A DNA stretch of 64,000 bases from a bacterium (GCA_014803525.1 JAAVBP010000002.1:6492-70491), one strand, 5' to 3'; positions 45,489-54,527 are shown, numbered from the stretch's first letter. Numbers and translations: made by a program. The notes: generated by a model not told the origin, from the sequence alone.

Positions 45489-47900
45489 ATGAGCAAAATA
45501 AAGCAGCAATTTTCAGATTTGCGGAAAACGACGCCAAAACACGTTCAGTGGCTGCTGTTGGCGGCGGCATTTGTTGTGGTGCTGATATTGTTGACGTTGC
45601 TGGTTGGTGGATGGGGCAAAAACAAAGATAATATGCCCGCATCAGACGATCGGGAAATGACACTGAAAATCGACCCGAATGAAACACTTGATTGGGCCGG
45701 AACGCCTGTTGGCGAAATAAAAACACAACAGTATACGATTACTGCGACCGCACCCGTAAAAATACTGAATGTTCGCACCAGTGATGAAACACCGGGTCTG
45801 AGCATGGCGCACCAATGTCCGCCTGAATTGATCATAGATGAAAAAACAGGGTGTCGTATAACGGTAAAGTATGCCCCAGATGGTCCGATGTCCACCACGG
45901 GCGTTGCGCTGTATGTGGATTGGCGCGGGAAAGGCCAACCCGATACGGTCAAAAAAATCGCCAAGATAACAATGGCCATTGGCGCCAAAGCGACGGCGAC
46001 AGCACAACCGGCGGATGTAAAAAAAACCGAACCGCAACCAGAACCAGCGCCCATCGCGGAACCGACACCAATTGAAACACCGGTAACAGAACCTGTCGCC
46101 GAACCAGAACAAGAACCGGAATCCGACGCGGCGCCTGCGCCATTTATTGAACCAGATCCGGTGTCGGCCGCCATACCAGTCAAACAGGAAATCCGACAAG
46201 AGATTGAAGCAATTGCGCCATCGCTGTCGGAAATGGCACCGGTCGTGACCACAGAACCGTCTTATGCACAATCCGAGACATGTTCGGATTTTGCATTCCC
46301 GGGATATAACGCGTCCGGCCGTCAGATTGGTTGGATCAAACCAGAACGTGGTGCATATTATTTCCATCCGTTTTCGGACAAGAACTGTGACAGCCCGACG
46401 GGTGTTTACAATCCGGATAATGGTATAATCAGCGACATCAAAGATGCGTCTAAAAAAATTGGAACAGATGCCGAACATATAGGTTTTGCGGCGGTGACAA
46501 ATGGTGCGTTACCCCAGCTGTCGGCCGCCCCGAATAAAAAAAATCGCAGCAGTTCGACGGAACCATCGGCCCCCAGCGGTCAAATGGCGTTTGTAGAGAT
46601 GAAAAAGGTTCCCAGTGAAGTAGAATATGCTTCAACCGGTCAAGATACTGTTATCAGCACACAGATATACGATCGCAGCTTTATATTACGTCAGTATAAA
46701 CCAATTCCGGCCACAATTGTATCTGATGTTCGTGCGGATGCAACACTGATAAACGGTAAACAGTTTTTACCAGTTCGCGCAACCGTTGATCGCAATGTTT
46801 ATGCAGATAACGGTCGTACAGTTATTATTCCAACCGGAACACTGTTATTGGGATATGTAGATGGTGAAGTTCCTGGCCCATATAAGTCAATTGGTCGTAT
46901 GGAAATAAAGTGGTACCAGTTTGTTTTACCAAACGGTGTTGAGTTTAATTTTAATGGTTCGAATGATCCGTTTTCTGGCGACGCCCAGGGACGTGTTGGC
47001 GTACCAGGCCGTGGCAGTACGGATTACCTGGAACAATTTGTTATGCCAATGTTAACCGCAATTGTGCCGGCGGCGGTAAATATGATCGCACCGGTTGCGG
47101 ACAAGTTTGTGAACCAAATCGATTTAGATAATAACACGGTTGTACAAAGTGGTACGGTGCGTTCATCAGAACTGGCAAAAAATGAAATTATCACCGCATG
47201 GAACCAGGTTGCCCAGAAATTGATGGTTGATATGATGGATAACTCGGTACCACCATTTACAATCCCTGCTGGCACACGCATTACCGTATATTCACCAGCA
47301 GACTTACAGGTTTCATGTGGAACACCCGAATCAGGAAAACCAGAAAAGTGTGCGGTTGGATATGGCAACAATCAACGGCAATTATGGCAGCATAAGGCAA
47401 CTGCTGCTCAGGATGATTCTTGGGTTGGTCAGGTACGTTCCTTTAATGCAGAAAATTACTGTGAACAAAAGAACGGTTTATGGACCGCAAAGGCAGAATG
47501 TGCGCAAGGTACTTGTGGTGGAATGGATTACAGAAATCTGTTATTCTATTGTCAGACTCTGAATTACAAAGCGGTTAACAATGCAAAGCAAGAAGCAGTT
47601 TGGCAGAACCAAAATTCTGCGTCCAATACCAACAGCATTTCCAGCATGGGCGGTGTTGGCAGTCAGACATACAATGAACAGGTATTGGGATTGAAATATG
47701 ACGATGATACGGGCGCGATTATCAATCCGTTCCAGTCACTGCCCAAGGAAGAGGCACCGGCCGCAATAACATGCCCGGATGATGGATCCGCCCCGGATGC
47801 AAATGGTTGCTGTACGGGCGAAATATACACCGATATGGGCGACCAGGGATTCAATTGTTGCCCGGAAACAGGAGGCGACTGTTTCCCACCGATACTATAA
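45489..47900 (+). CDS. virB10: Type IV secretion VirB10/TrbI-like protein, oversized (803 aa) with Pro-rich linker and Cys-rich C-terminal extension
   Basis: TM anchor. EPQPEPAPIAEPTPIETPVTEPVAEPEQEPE linker. Core IPTGTLLLGYVDGEV..RMEIKWYQFVLPNGVEF..GRVGVPG matches the VirB10 barrel domain. The last ~200 aa hold 13 Cys. Confidence 0.75.
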   Translation: MSKIKQQFSDLRKTTPKHVQWLLLAAAFVVVLILLTLLVGGWGKNKDNMPASDDREMTLKIDPNETLDWAGTPVGEIKTQQYTITATAPVKILNVRTSDETPGLSMAHQCPPELIIDEKTGCRITVKYAPDGPMSTTGVALYVDWRGKGQPDTVKKIAKITMAIGAKATATAQPADVKKTEPQPEPAPIAEPTPIETPVTEPVAEPEQEPESDAAPAPFIEPDPVSAAIPVKQEIRQEIEAIAPSLSEMAPVVTTEPSYAQSETCSDFAFPGYNASGRQIGWIKPERGAYYFHPFSDKNCDSPTGVYNPDNGIISDIKDASKKIGTDAEHIGFAAVTNGALPQLSAAPNKKNRSSSTEPSAPSGQMAFVEMKKVPSEVEYASTGQDTVISTQIYDRSFILRQYKPIPATIVSDVRADATLINGKQFLPVRATVDRNVYADNGRTVIIPTGTLLLGYVDGEVPGPYKSIGRMEIKWYQFVLPNGVEFNFNGSNDPFSGDAQGRVGVPGRGSTDYLEQFVMPMLTAIVPAAVNMIAPVADKFVNQIDLDNNTVVQSGTVRSSELAKNEIITAWNQVAQKLMVDMMDNSVPPFTIPAGTRITVYSPADLQVSCGTPESGKPEKCAVGYGNNQRQLWQHKATAAQDDSWVGQVRSFNAENYCEQKNGLWTAKAECAQGTCGGMDYRNLLFYCQTLNYKAVNNAKQEAVWQNQNSASNTNSISSMGGVGSQTYNEQVLGLKYDDDTGAIINPFQSLPKEEAPAAITCPDDGSAPDANGCCTGEIYTDMGDQGFNCCPETGGDCFPPIL

Positions 47901-47904
47901 ACCC

Positions 47905-47925
47905 AACCCGCCGTCGGCGGGTTTT
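47905..47925 (+). terminator. Intrinsic terminator after virB10
   Basis: AACCCGCC-GTC-GGCGGGTT followed by a T-run. Confidence 0.7.
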
Positions 47926-47991
47926 AATTCAAATAAAGATGAACCAAGAAAAAATGATTTAGAAAATGATAATATTTCACGCAACATTTTT

Positions 47992-48017
47992 GCGCGCCAT
48001 TTGGCGCGCTTTTTTTA
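47992..48017 (+). terminator. Second tandem intrinsic terminator
   Basis: GCGCGCC-ATTT-GGCGCGC followed by T7. Confidence 0.65.
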
Positions 48018-48196
48018 ATTCGCGCGCACCACCGATATTAACACAGCCGATTCGGTTGCTTTTTGCGATTCGTTTTCAAAACACAAAAAACGTAAAATGA
48101 TTCAGAAATCCGATTCGCAGTTCAACCGACGGTTGTAATATTTTACATACTTCTAGTCTTTGGCTATATATCAATTAGAGAAAAAGGAGGAAAAAT

Positions 48197-48553
48197 ATGT
48201 TATCCCAAACAGCACAGAATTATATCAACGCAGAAAAATTCCAGAACGCAGAACAATTGTGGTTCTGGTTTTTATATTCAAAATCACTGCGTGGGCAATT
48301 CTGTCATAATCACAGCGCGGCCAATCAATCACGTAAAATATGTGAATTGATTGATGTGGAAACATTGGTTACAAAACTGTACCTGGCCGGGCGATTAACG
48401 GATGAACAATTGTCCGTGATGAAACAATTTGGTGATCGCCGTCGCGCCCCACACCAGTATATATGGACCGAAAACCGGGCCGCCGCCCTGTGGCGTGATG
48501 CGATGCAGACCCTGCAGGCCGCGGCCACACATCGTGGTTGGATTGCCGAATAA
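48197..48553 (+). CDS. Hypothetical protein (118 aa)
   Basis: Strong SD AAGGAGG. Trp-rich. No recognisable motif. Confidence 0.55.
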   Translation: MLSQTAQNYINAEKFQNAEQLWFWFLYSKSLRGQFCHNHSAANQSRKICELIDVETLVTKLYLAGRLTDEQLSVMKQFGDRRRAPHQYIWTENRAAALWRDAMQTLQAAATHRGWIAE

Positions 48554-48596
48554 AAAATCTATACAGAAACAGAAAATAAACAGGATAGGTATCAAT

Positions 48597-48935
48597 ATGG
48601 TTATTATCGCTTTCTCTGATAAAACATCAAAAGTCATTCCACGTATTGTGTGTCATAAATTTAAACATTGCGCACCGATTATCCCAACGGGCCACGACAT
48701 GGTTATGTATCAATTCACGCGACCGGGACATGTGACACCCATAAAAATAAATATGTCGGGGATTCGCAGGCTGCGACAACATGGCTGGCAATTTATATAC
48801 GTGCCACATGACACACCACCGAATTTTACCACGCGCGGCGCAATCAGCTGTGTTGACTTATCCAAGCGAGCATTAGGACTGCGTGCGGCATGGATATGGC
48901 GGCCGGATGGTTTATATACATATCTGCGCAATTAA
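48597..48935 (+). CDS. Hypothetical protein (112 aa), possibly a permuted papain-like (His..Cys) hydrolase
   Basis: Internal ATG 48597 behind an AGGATAGG SD; the tracked ORF from 48429 overlaps the previous gene. KHCAPIIP..GH.. and ..AISCVDLSKRALGL resemble His-before-Cys permuted NlpC/P60-type proteins (weak). Confidence 0.45.
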   Translation: MVIIAFSDKTSKVIPRIVCHKFKHCAPIIPTGHDMVMYQFTRPGHVTPIKINMSGIRRLRQHGWQFIYVPHDTPPNFTTRGAISCVDLSKRALGLRAAWIWRPDGLYTYLRN

Positions 48936-48964
48936 AAAACGTCCCCACTCGGGGACGTTTTTTG
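48934..48964. terminator. Bidirectional intrinsic terminator
   Basis: ACGTCCCC-ACTC-GGGGACGT flanked by an A-run and a T-run. Confidence 0.75.
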
Positions 48965-48967
48965 TTC

Positions 48968-50542
48968 TTATTTACTGCGATGCTTGATTATATACATCTG
49001 GACGATACCAAACAGGTTCGACACCGTCCAATACAAAACCAACCCGGCCGGCATCCATGCAAACAGTATTGTAAACAGAACCGGCATCCATTTCATCATA
49101 CGCTGGGTCTGGGCAATGGCATCATTTGTATTGCCAGATGTTTTCGGCGTCTGTAATCTGGACTGGAACCACATGGTCGCACCCATCAGAATCGGCAATA
49201 TAAAATACGGATCCATCGCGGCCAGATCGCGAATCCACAGGAAATGTGCACCCCGCATCGGAACAGATATCAATAACGCCTTGTACAATGCAAAGAATAT
49301 CGGAATCTGTAACAGCATTGGCAGACATCCCGACATCGGTGATGTCTTGTGAGTCTGGTACAGACGCATCATTTCAATTTGCATGCGCGCCTTGTCATTG
49401 GCGTACAGTTTCTGGATACGTGCCATTTCCGGCTGCATTTTCTGCATGGCGGCCATTGATGTATAAGACTTGCGCGTCAGTGGCCACATCAGCAAACGCA
49501 ACAGTATCGTCATCAATATAATCGCAATACCATAATTCATAACGACCGCATTTATTGCATTCAACACCCACAACATCGGCCGTGCCAAGAACCAGAACCA
49601 ACCATAATCCACCGTTTTATTTACACCCGGTATCATACGCGCGGCGTCGTTCAAAATGCTTTGATCGCGTGGACCGGCAAAGATCCGTGACACAATCGTC
49701 TGCGACGCACCAGGTGCAATGGCGACCGCGCCAGCGGCGGTGTCGGCCGCAAACATATCGCCGGACTTTTTCGCACGCATTGTTTGATCCGGATGATCAA
49801 TCGCGACAAATGTTTCCCAATATTGGTCTGCAAATCCGACAAAGCCATTCGTCGTCGTATATGCATATGAACGTTTGCCCAACGCGCGCCAGCTGTCATG
49901 TTCAATGTCGTTATTGGCAAATGCAACCGCCCCGGTATAAACACCGGCGGCCGCGGTATCTTTGTCCGACCGCATAATGCGCGCATATGGCGTGACCGCA
50001 ATTTGTGCGGCGGTATTATTTTTCACCGTATCATTAATTGTGATTACATAACCGTCGGTTGTGATTGTGCGTTCGAATTCCACGCCCGCCGGATTACGCC
50101 ATGTCATTACGCTGTCGGTGGTGCGCCAAACAGTATCCGCCGCCGGTGCCGTTGTATTCTGGGACAGCAGGCCCACCTCTGCAAATGCGCCAGCATCACG
50201 CGGCATCAATACAACCGGCGCGTCCGAATTTTTATCGCCGCCCGCTTTATAATCTAATAACTCGACCCCAGATATACGAGTGCCCTGGACATCAAATGCG
50301 ATTTTATCCGTATCAACGCGCGTGATCGGAACGTTCGACACATCAACCGTTGGCGCGGTGTCTGTGGGTGCGTTATCCTGCACGGCCGGGCGCATAAACA
50401 TTCCAATTAACCACCAGCATGCGACAAATATCGCCGTCCACCACAGGAATGATGTAAACCACGACTTCTTTTTCTGGGGCGCATTTGCGGCGCACCACTG
50501 ACCAAATCCGGAATTTTTATTATTATCCAAATATTTTACCAT
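48968..50542 (-). CDS. yidC: Membrane protein insertase YidC
   Basis: Large periplasmic P1 domain, then a conserved C-terminal 5-TM core (..GCLPMLLQIPIFFALYKAL..). Confidence 0.92.
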   Translation of the reverse strand: MVKYLDNNKNSGFGQWCAANAPQKKKSWFTSFLWWTAIFVACWWLIGMFMRPAVQDNAPTDTAPTVDVSNVPITRVDTDKIAFDVQGTRISGVELLDYKAGGDKNSDAPVVLMPRDAGAFAEVGLLSQNTTAPAADTVWRTTDSVMTWRNPAGVEFERTITTDGYVITINDTVKNNTAAQIAVTPYARIMRSDKDTAAAGVYTGAVAFANNDIEHDSWRALGKRSYAYTTTNGFVGFADQYWETFVAIDHPDQTMRAKKSGDMFAADTAAGAVAIAPGASQTIVSRIFAGPRDQSILNDAARMIPGVNKTVDYGWFWFLARPMLWVLNAINAVVMNYGIAIILMTILLRLLMWPLTRKSYTSMAAMQKMQPEMARIQKLYANDKARMQIEMMRLYQTHKTSPMSGCLPMLLQIPIFFALYKALLISVPMRGAHFLWIRDLAAMDPYFILPILMGATMWFQSRLQTPKTSGNTNDAIAQTQRMMKWMPVLFTILFAWMPAGLVLYWTVSNLFGIVQMYIIKHRSK

Positions 50543-50544
50543 TT

Positions 50545-51075
50545 TTATTTACCACCTTTGTTTGATGCACGCACGCGCGCAATAACCCAATTCAACAGAT
50601 ACAATCCAACACCCACGCAGATGCAAATATCTGCGACATTAAACGATGGATAGTGTAACGACCCGATATGAAAATCCAAGAAATCAACCACCGCACCAAA
50701 GCGAATTCGATCAATCAAATTACCAATCGCGCCACCCAAAATCAATGCCAGCGGCAGGCGTTCATTCGCACCCGCACGACGTAATGCATAATATCCAATA
50801 AACCCGATAATTGCCGCCGTCGCCACAACCATGAAAATCGGCGCAGCCTCGCCCAGTGCGCGAAACATTGAAAACGACGCGCCCGGATTCCATGTAAACA
50901 CGATGTTAAAGAAATCGGTTACACGTGCGATTATCCAAGGCTGGGGTACGATACTCCATGCGGCGCCATATAATGGAACCGTGCCGGTTACCAGATACAG
51001 CAGAATCCCTTTTGAAATTTGGTCCAGCAAAATCGCCCCGAAAATCACGGCCAAAAATTTAAATAATGACTTCAT
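50545..51075 (-). CDS. lspA: Lipoprotein signal peptidase II
   Basis: WNPGASFSMF, GGAIGNLIDR and FNVADICI motifs. Start at ATG 51075 behind AAAGGGAAAGG. Confidence 0.88.
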   Translation of the reverse strand: MKSLFKFLAVIFGAILLDQISKGILLYLVTGTVPLYGAAWSIVPQPWIIARVTDFFNIVFTWNPGASFSMFRALGEAAPIFMVVATAAIIGFIGYYALRRAGANERLPLALILGGAIGNLIDRIRFGAVVDFLDFHIGSLHYPSFNVADICICVGVGLYLLNWVIARVRASNKGGK

Positions 51076-51175
51076 TTGTCCTTTCCCTTTGTCACAGTCT
51101 ATGCAATATAGCAACACGCCGGCAGAAAAGCAAATATAATCGCCCCCGGGAATATAATTTCGGGGGCTGACTTTT

Positions 51176-51466
51176 TTACGGTATTTCTGCAACGGTGTGT
51201 CTTAATTTATTAAACACACGGCGTTGACGACGATACCGGTCTTCCAGTGTGCGAACGCGTATCATTTTATAGCCCATAACAATTACGCGTTCCAATACAT
51301 CCGCCGGGATTTTTGTTGTACCGCGTTCGTATTCCAACATCTCGGTCGGGGATATCAACAGCATTTTTGCAACTTCGTCATGGGTCATATAACATATGCG
51401 ACGCGCATTGCACATAATTGCGCCCAGGCGCGATGCGGTTTCATCAATTGGTTTTTGTTTTTGCAT
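51176..51466 (-). CDS. Small XRE/Cro-type helix-turn-helix protein (96 aa), paralog 2
   Basis: SD and spacing identical to paralog 1 (GGAGGAAAAAATG). MTHDEVAKMLLISPTEMLEYERGTTKIP. Confidence 0.7.
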   Translation of the reverse strand: MQKQKPIDETASRLGAIMCNARRICYMTHDEVAKMLLISPTEMLEYERGTTKIPADVLERVIVMGYKMIRVRTLEDRYRRQRRVFNKLRHTVAEIP

Positions 51467-51490
51467 TTTTTCCTCCTTGCTTTTTCTTAT

Positions 51491-51640
51491 AAAAAAGTCC
51501 GCTTTGACGAGAAGCGGTTGGAGGTTAACAACTATTAAAGGTAATAGCGCTGTTTATTTATGTATATCACAGCCCTCCAACCAACGTTGGAGTTTCCTTT
51601 ATGAGGTTGTTAAGCCTCGCACCGGGCGTCACCCGATGCA
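51491..51640 (-). ncRNA. Structured leader RNA with intrinsic terminator, copy 2
   Basis: On the minus strand: P1 51619-51639 (identical to copy 1), P3 51575-51592, P4 51549-51573 with loop GATATACATAAATAA, CCTCCAACC (51516-51524), terminator stem 51499-51517 plus U6. Only ~25 nt to the HTH start codon. Confidence 0.7.
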
Positions 51641-51645
51641 TGCAT

Positions 51646-51674
51646 ATTATATCTGATTGTTTTTGGAAAAGCAA
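51646..51674 (-). promoter_or_regulatory. Sigma70-type promoter of leader RNA copy 2
   Basis: On the minus strand: TTGCTT (51669-51674), 17-nt spacer, TATAAT (51646-51651). Confidence 0.75.
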
Positions 51675-51683
51675 ATTATTATA

Positions 51684-51899
51684 GCCACCCCCCGATGGCA
51701 TTCGCCATCACCCCCCCGCCAACGGCGGTGGGAATTAGTACGTTCACAGCTCGGGCTAATGGCCCCCGCCCGGGCGGGGGCTGTCGCCAAGGGCGACTGG
51801 GGGTGGCCGTTTACGTACTTCCCTATATTTGCTACCCCCCCGCAGTCCACCCACAAAAACATTCGTTTTTGCGGGGCCCAGAAACGGCGGTGGGAATTG
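51684..51899. repeat. GC-rich composite palindromic repeats (units c-a-b-c')
   Basis: Unit c 51684-51742, a 51756-51783, b 51795-51822, variant c' 51831-51899. Same units as at 2909-3043 but in circularly shifted order. Confidence 0.75.
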
Positions 51900-51937
51900 C
51901 TCTGCGACATCATCTGCACTCTGAAAACTGAACTCTA

Positions 51938-51964
51938 TAAAAAATCCCGCGGTTGCGGGATTTT
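51938..51964 (-). terminator. Intrinsic terminator after the CPA2 antiporter gene
   Basis: ATCCCGC-loop-GCGGGAT with a U-run on the minus strand. Confidence 0.7.
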
Positions 51965-51966
51965 CG

Positions 51967-53670
51967 TTAATGATTTTCCGATATCAGGCATAACTTTTCA
52001 TAATTGTCCGCCCGCATTTCATCCATCATTGCATCAATCTTGGCATCTGACAGCCCCAGGTGTTCCAGCACACCGTGACTGAGTGCGAATGATGATTCAA
52101 TCGTTTCTGGCAGCGCTTCGGCCGCGCCTTCTTTCATCAGCATTTTTGAATCGGCCAGATTACGTGCACGTGCAAATATCTTTACCCGCGGCGCAATCGA
52201 CTTTACCGTCAGAATCGTATCACGCGCCGTCGTCGCATTATCCAGCGCGACCACAACCGCACGTGTTGTGCGTGGACGCAACCCCAGGCACCCCAGCACA
52301 TCGCCGTTCGTAGAATCACCATATACAACGTTATATCCTGCATCACGTCCAACCATTACTGCATTGACACTTAAATCAATTGCGACATATGGTATTTTCT
52401 GGGCGGCCAACATTTTCGCCACAATTTGGCCCACGCGACCGAATCCACAGATTACAACCGCGGGTGCTTCTGCGGTATCACTGTCCTTGATACAATGTGC
52501 GCGACGCTTTGGGAATTTGCCGCCCCGCTTTTGCACCCAATCATATACGGCCAACAGCAACGGCGTTGCAATAATCGACAGTATAATTATCGCGGCCAAA
52601 ATTTCTTCGGCAGATTTTGGAATCGCGTTAATGCCGCCCTGTTTCATTGTCTGTAACATCAACAGACCGAATTCGCCACCCTGGGCCAGGATTAATGCAA
52701 TCTTGGTCGCGTCATATGTTGGCACATTACGCACACGCGCAACGATAAAGATGGCCAGGAATTTCAACGCAATCAGGCCGACCAGTCCAACCAATACCAG
52801 ATACCATTTATCCATCAGGAATGGCAGATTTAACCCCATCCCCAACGACACAAAGAACAGCGCCAGGAACAGCATCGAATATGGTGCAATTTCCGCGCTG
52901 ATTTGATGACGGTAAATTGTTTCAGACATCAACATACCGGCCATAAATGCACCCAGCCCCGCCGGCAACCCGCACAGCCCCAGCAGCACCGCCCACACAA
53001 CGATGGTTAACATGATTACGATAATAAACGCCTCTTTGCAGCGCAGTTTTGCAACCATACGCAGCAATGGATTCAAGATAAAGCGACCGACAACAACAAC
53101 GCCCAATATCAAGCCCAATGACAAAACCAAAATATCAATTGCCGTCGCCCCCAGATTGAATGATCGGCCCGCAAACACCGGCAACATCGCCAGCAACGGA
53201 ATCGACAGCAAATCCTGGAACAATAAAATTGAAAAAGTCTGATGGCCCATGTTGGTGTTTAATTCGTCACGATCCGCCAGTAATTGCAAGTCTTCGGATG
53301 TACTGGACATCGCCAGCAATAATGCCACCATTATCCCGCCCATTATCGACCACGATGTTGTCATATGCAATATCGGGAACAGCATGACAGCCACCATCAT
53401 AACCTGGGCCGCGCCAAAACCAAATATTGTACGCTTCATCTTCCACAGACGTTTCATATTTATCTGCAGACCGATGTTGAACCATAAAAAGATTATGCCC
53501 AGTTCGCCCAAGAAGCTCCACGTATCCGTTAACTGGAACAAGTTCAGAACAAACGGCCCGGACAAGACACCGGCGAATAAAAACGCAACAACGGTGCCGA
53601 TGCGTGCCGCACGCAGTATGAATACCAGCGCAAACAATACTGCAAAAAATATTAACACAGACAGTGACAT
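51967..53670 (-). CDS. CPA2 family monovalent cation:proton antiporter (KefB/KefC-like) with TrkA-N domain
   Basis: About 12 TM segments, then VVICGFGRVGQIVAKML Rossmann motif. Confidence 0.85.
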   Translation of the reverse strand: MSLSVLIFFAVLFALVFILRAARIGTVVAFLFAGVLSGPFVLNLFQLTDTWSFLGELGIIFLWFNIGLQINMKRLWKMKRTIFGFGAAQVMMVAVMLFPILHMTTSWSIMGGIMVALLLAMSSTSEDLQLLADRDELNTNMGHQTFSILLFQDLLSIPLLAMLPVFAGRSFNLGATAIDILVLSLGLILGVVVVGRFILNPLLRMVAKLRCKEAFIIVIMLTIVVWAVLLGLCGLPAGLGAFMAGMLMSETIYRHQISAEIAPYSMLFLALFFVSLGMGLNLPFLMDKWYLVLVGLVGLIALKFLAIFIVARVRNVPTYDATKIALILAQGGEFGLLMLQTMKQGGINAIPKSAEEILAAIIILSIIATPLLLAVYDWVQKRGGKFPKRRAHCIKDSDTAEAPAVVICGFGRVGQIVAKMLAAQKIPYVAIDLSVNAVMVGRDAGYNVVYGDSTNGDVLGCLGLRPRTTRAVVVALDNATTARDTILTVKSIAPRVKIFARARNLADSKMLMKEGAAEALPETIESSFALSHGVLEHLGLSDAKIDAMMDEMRADNYEKLCLISENH

Positions 53671-53699
53671 TTTTCCCTCTCCCTACTTTGATATTGCGA

Positions 53700-54527
53700 T
53701 TATAGCACTATATTTTCAGATAATTCCAGAAATTTTTCGGGCGTAATATTTTCGGCGCGTTCGGTACCAGCAAGACCGTATTTTGCCCAATCTACACCCG
53801 GTATAATTCCGCGTATCATTTTGCGACGCATGCCAAATAATTTTGCCGTTAATTGTTCCAATGCATTCAGATTTTTTATACGCGCGATTTTTTCCGCGTT
53901 TGGAATAATCTGCACCACAGCACTTTCAACCTTGGGCCGCGGAACAAACGCGGTCGATGGCACATCAAATAAAATTCGCGCATCGGCAATCAGTGATGTC
54001 AACACCGCCAGCCGACCATACTGCGCGTCACCGGTGCGCGCGGTGATGCGATGTGCCACCTCGCGCTGAAACATTAGAGTTAATGACTTTATCGGTGCGC
54101 CCGCCGCCATCATATGCAACCATCCGATTAACAACTCTGTCCCGACATTGTATGGCAGGTTTGCACACACAGCGTATTCATTTAACCCCAGCGCCGCAAA
54201 ATCTGTCTTTAACGCATCACCATAAATAACATTCAGACGCCCGTCGGCGGCATCGATTATGCGCGATAAAATTGGCGCGGTCGCCCGGTCTTTTTCAATC
54301 GCAATAACGCGCGGTGCACCCGCCATCAGCAACGCACGCGTCAGGCCCGCAGGACCCGGCCCAACCTCTACCACCGGTATGGTTTCAATATCCGGCACGC
54401 TGCGCGCGATACGGCCCGTCAAATTCAAATCAAACAGGAAATTTTGGCCGAACTGTTTTTTCGGTTCCAACCCAGCGTCACGCATCATTTCAGACACAGG
54501 TGGTAAATTTGCGACAGTGTCCGTCAT
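53700..54527 (-). CDS. rsmA: 16S rRNA (adenine1518/1519-N6)-dimethyltransferase
   Basis: KKQFGQNFL and VVEVGPGPAGLT motifs. Confidence 0.9.
   Translation of the reverse strand: MTDTVANLPPVSEMMRDAGLEPKKQFGQNFLFDLNLTGRIARSVPDIETIPVVEVGPGPAGLTRALLMAGAPRVIAIEKDRATAPILSRIIDAADGRLNVIYGDALKTDFAALGLNEYAVCANLPYNVGTELLIGWLHMMAAGAPIKSLTLMFQREVAHRITARTGDAQYGRLAVLTSLIADARILFDVPSTAFVPRPKVESAVVQIIPNAEKIARIKNLNALEQLTAKLFGMRRKMIRGIIPGVDWAKYGLAGTERAENITPEKFLELSENIVL

Noticed and set aside
45545-46478. 235-aa and 278-aa minus-strand ORFs opposite the virB10-like gene.
   Set aside because: They lie antisense to the Pro/Glu-rich linker, which keeps the reverse frames open. There is no independent coding evidence.
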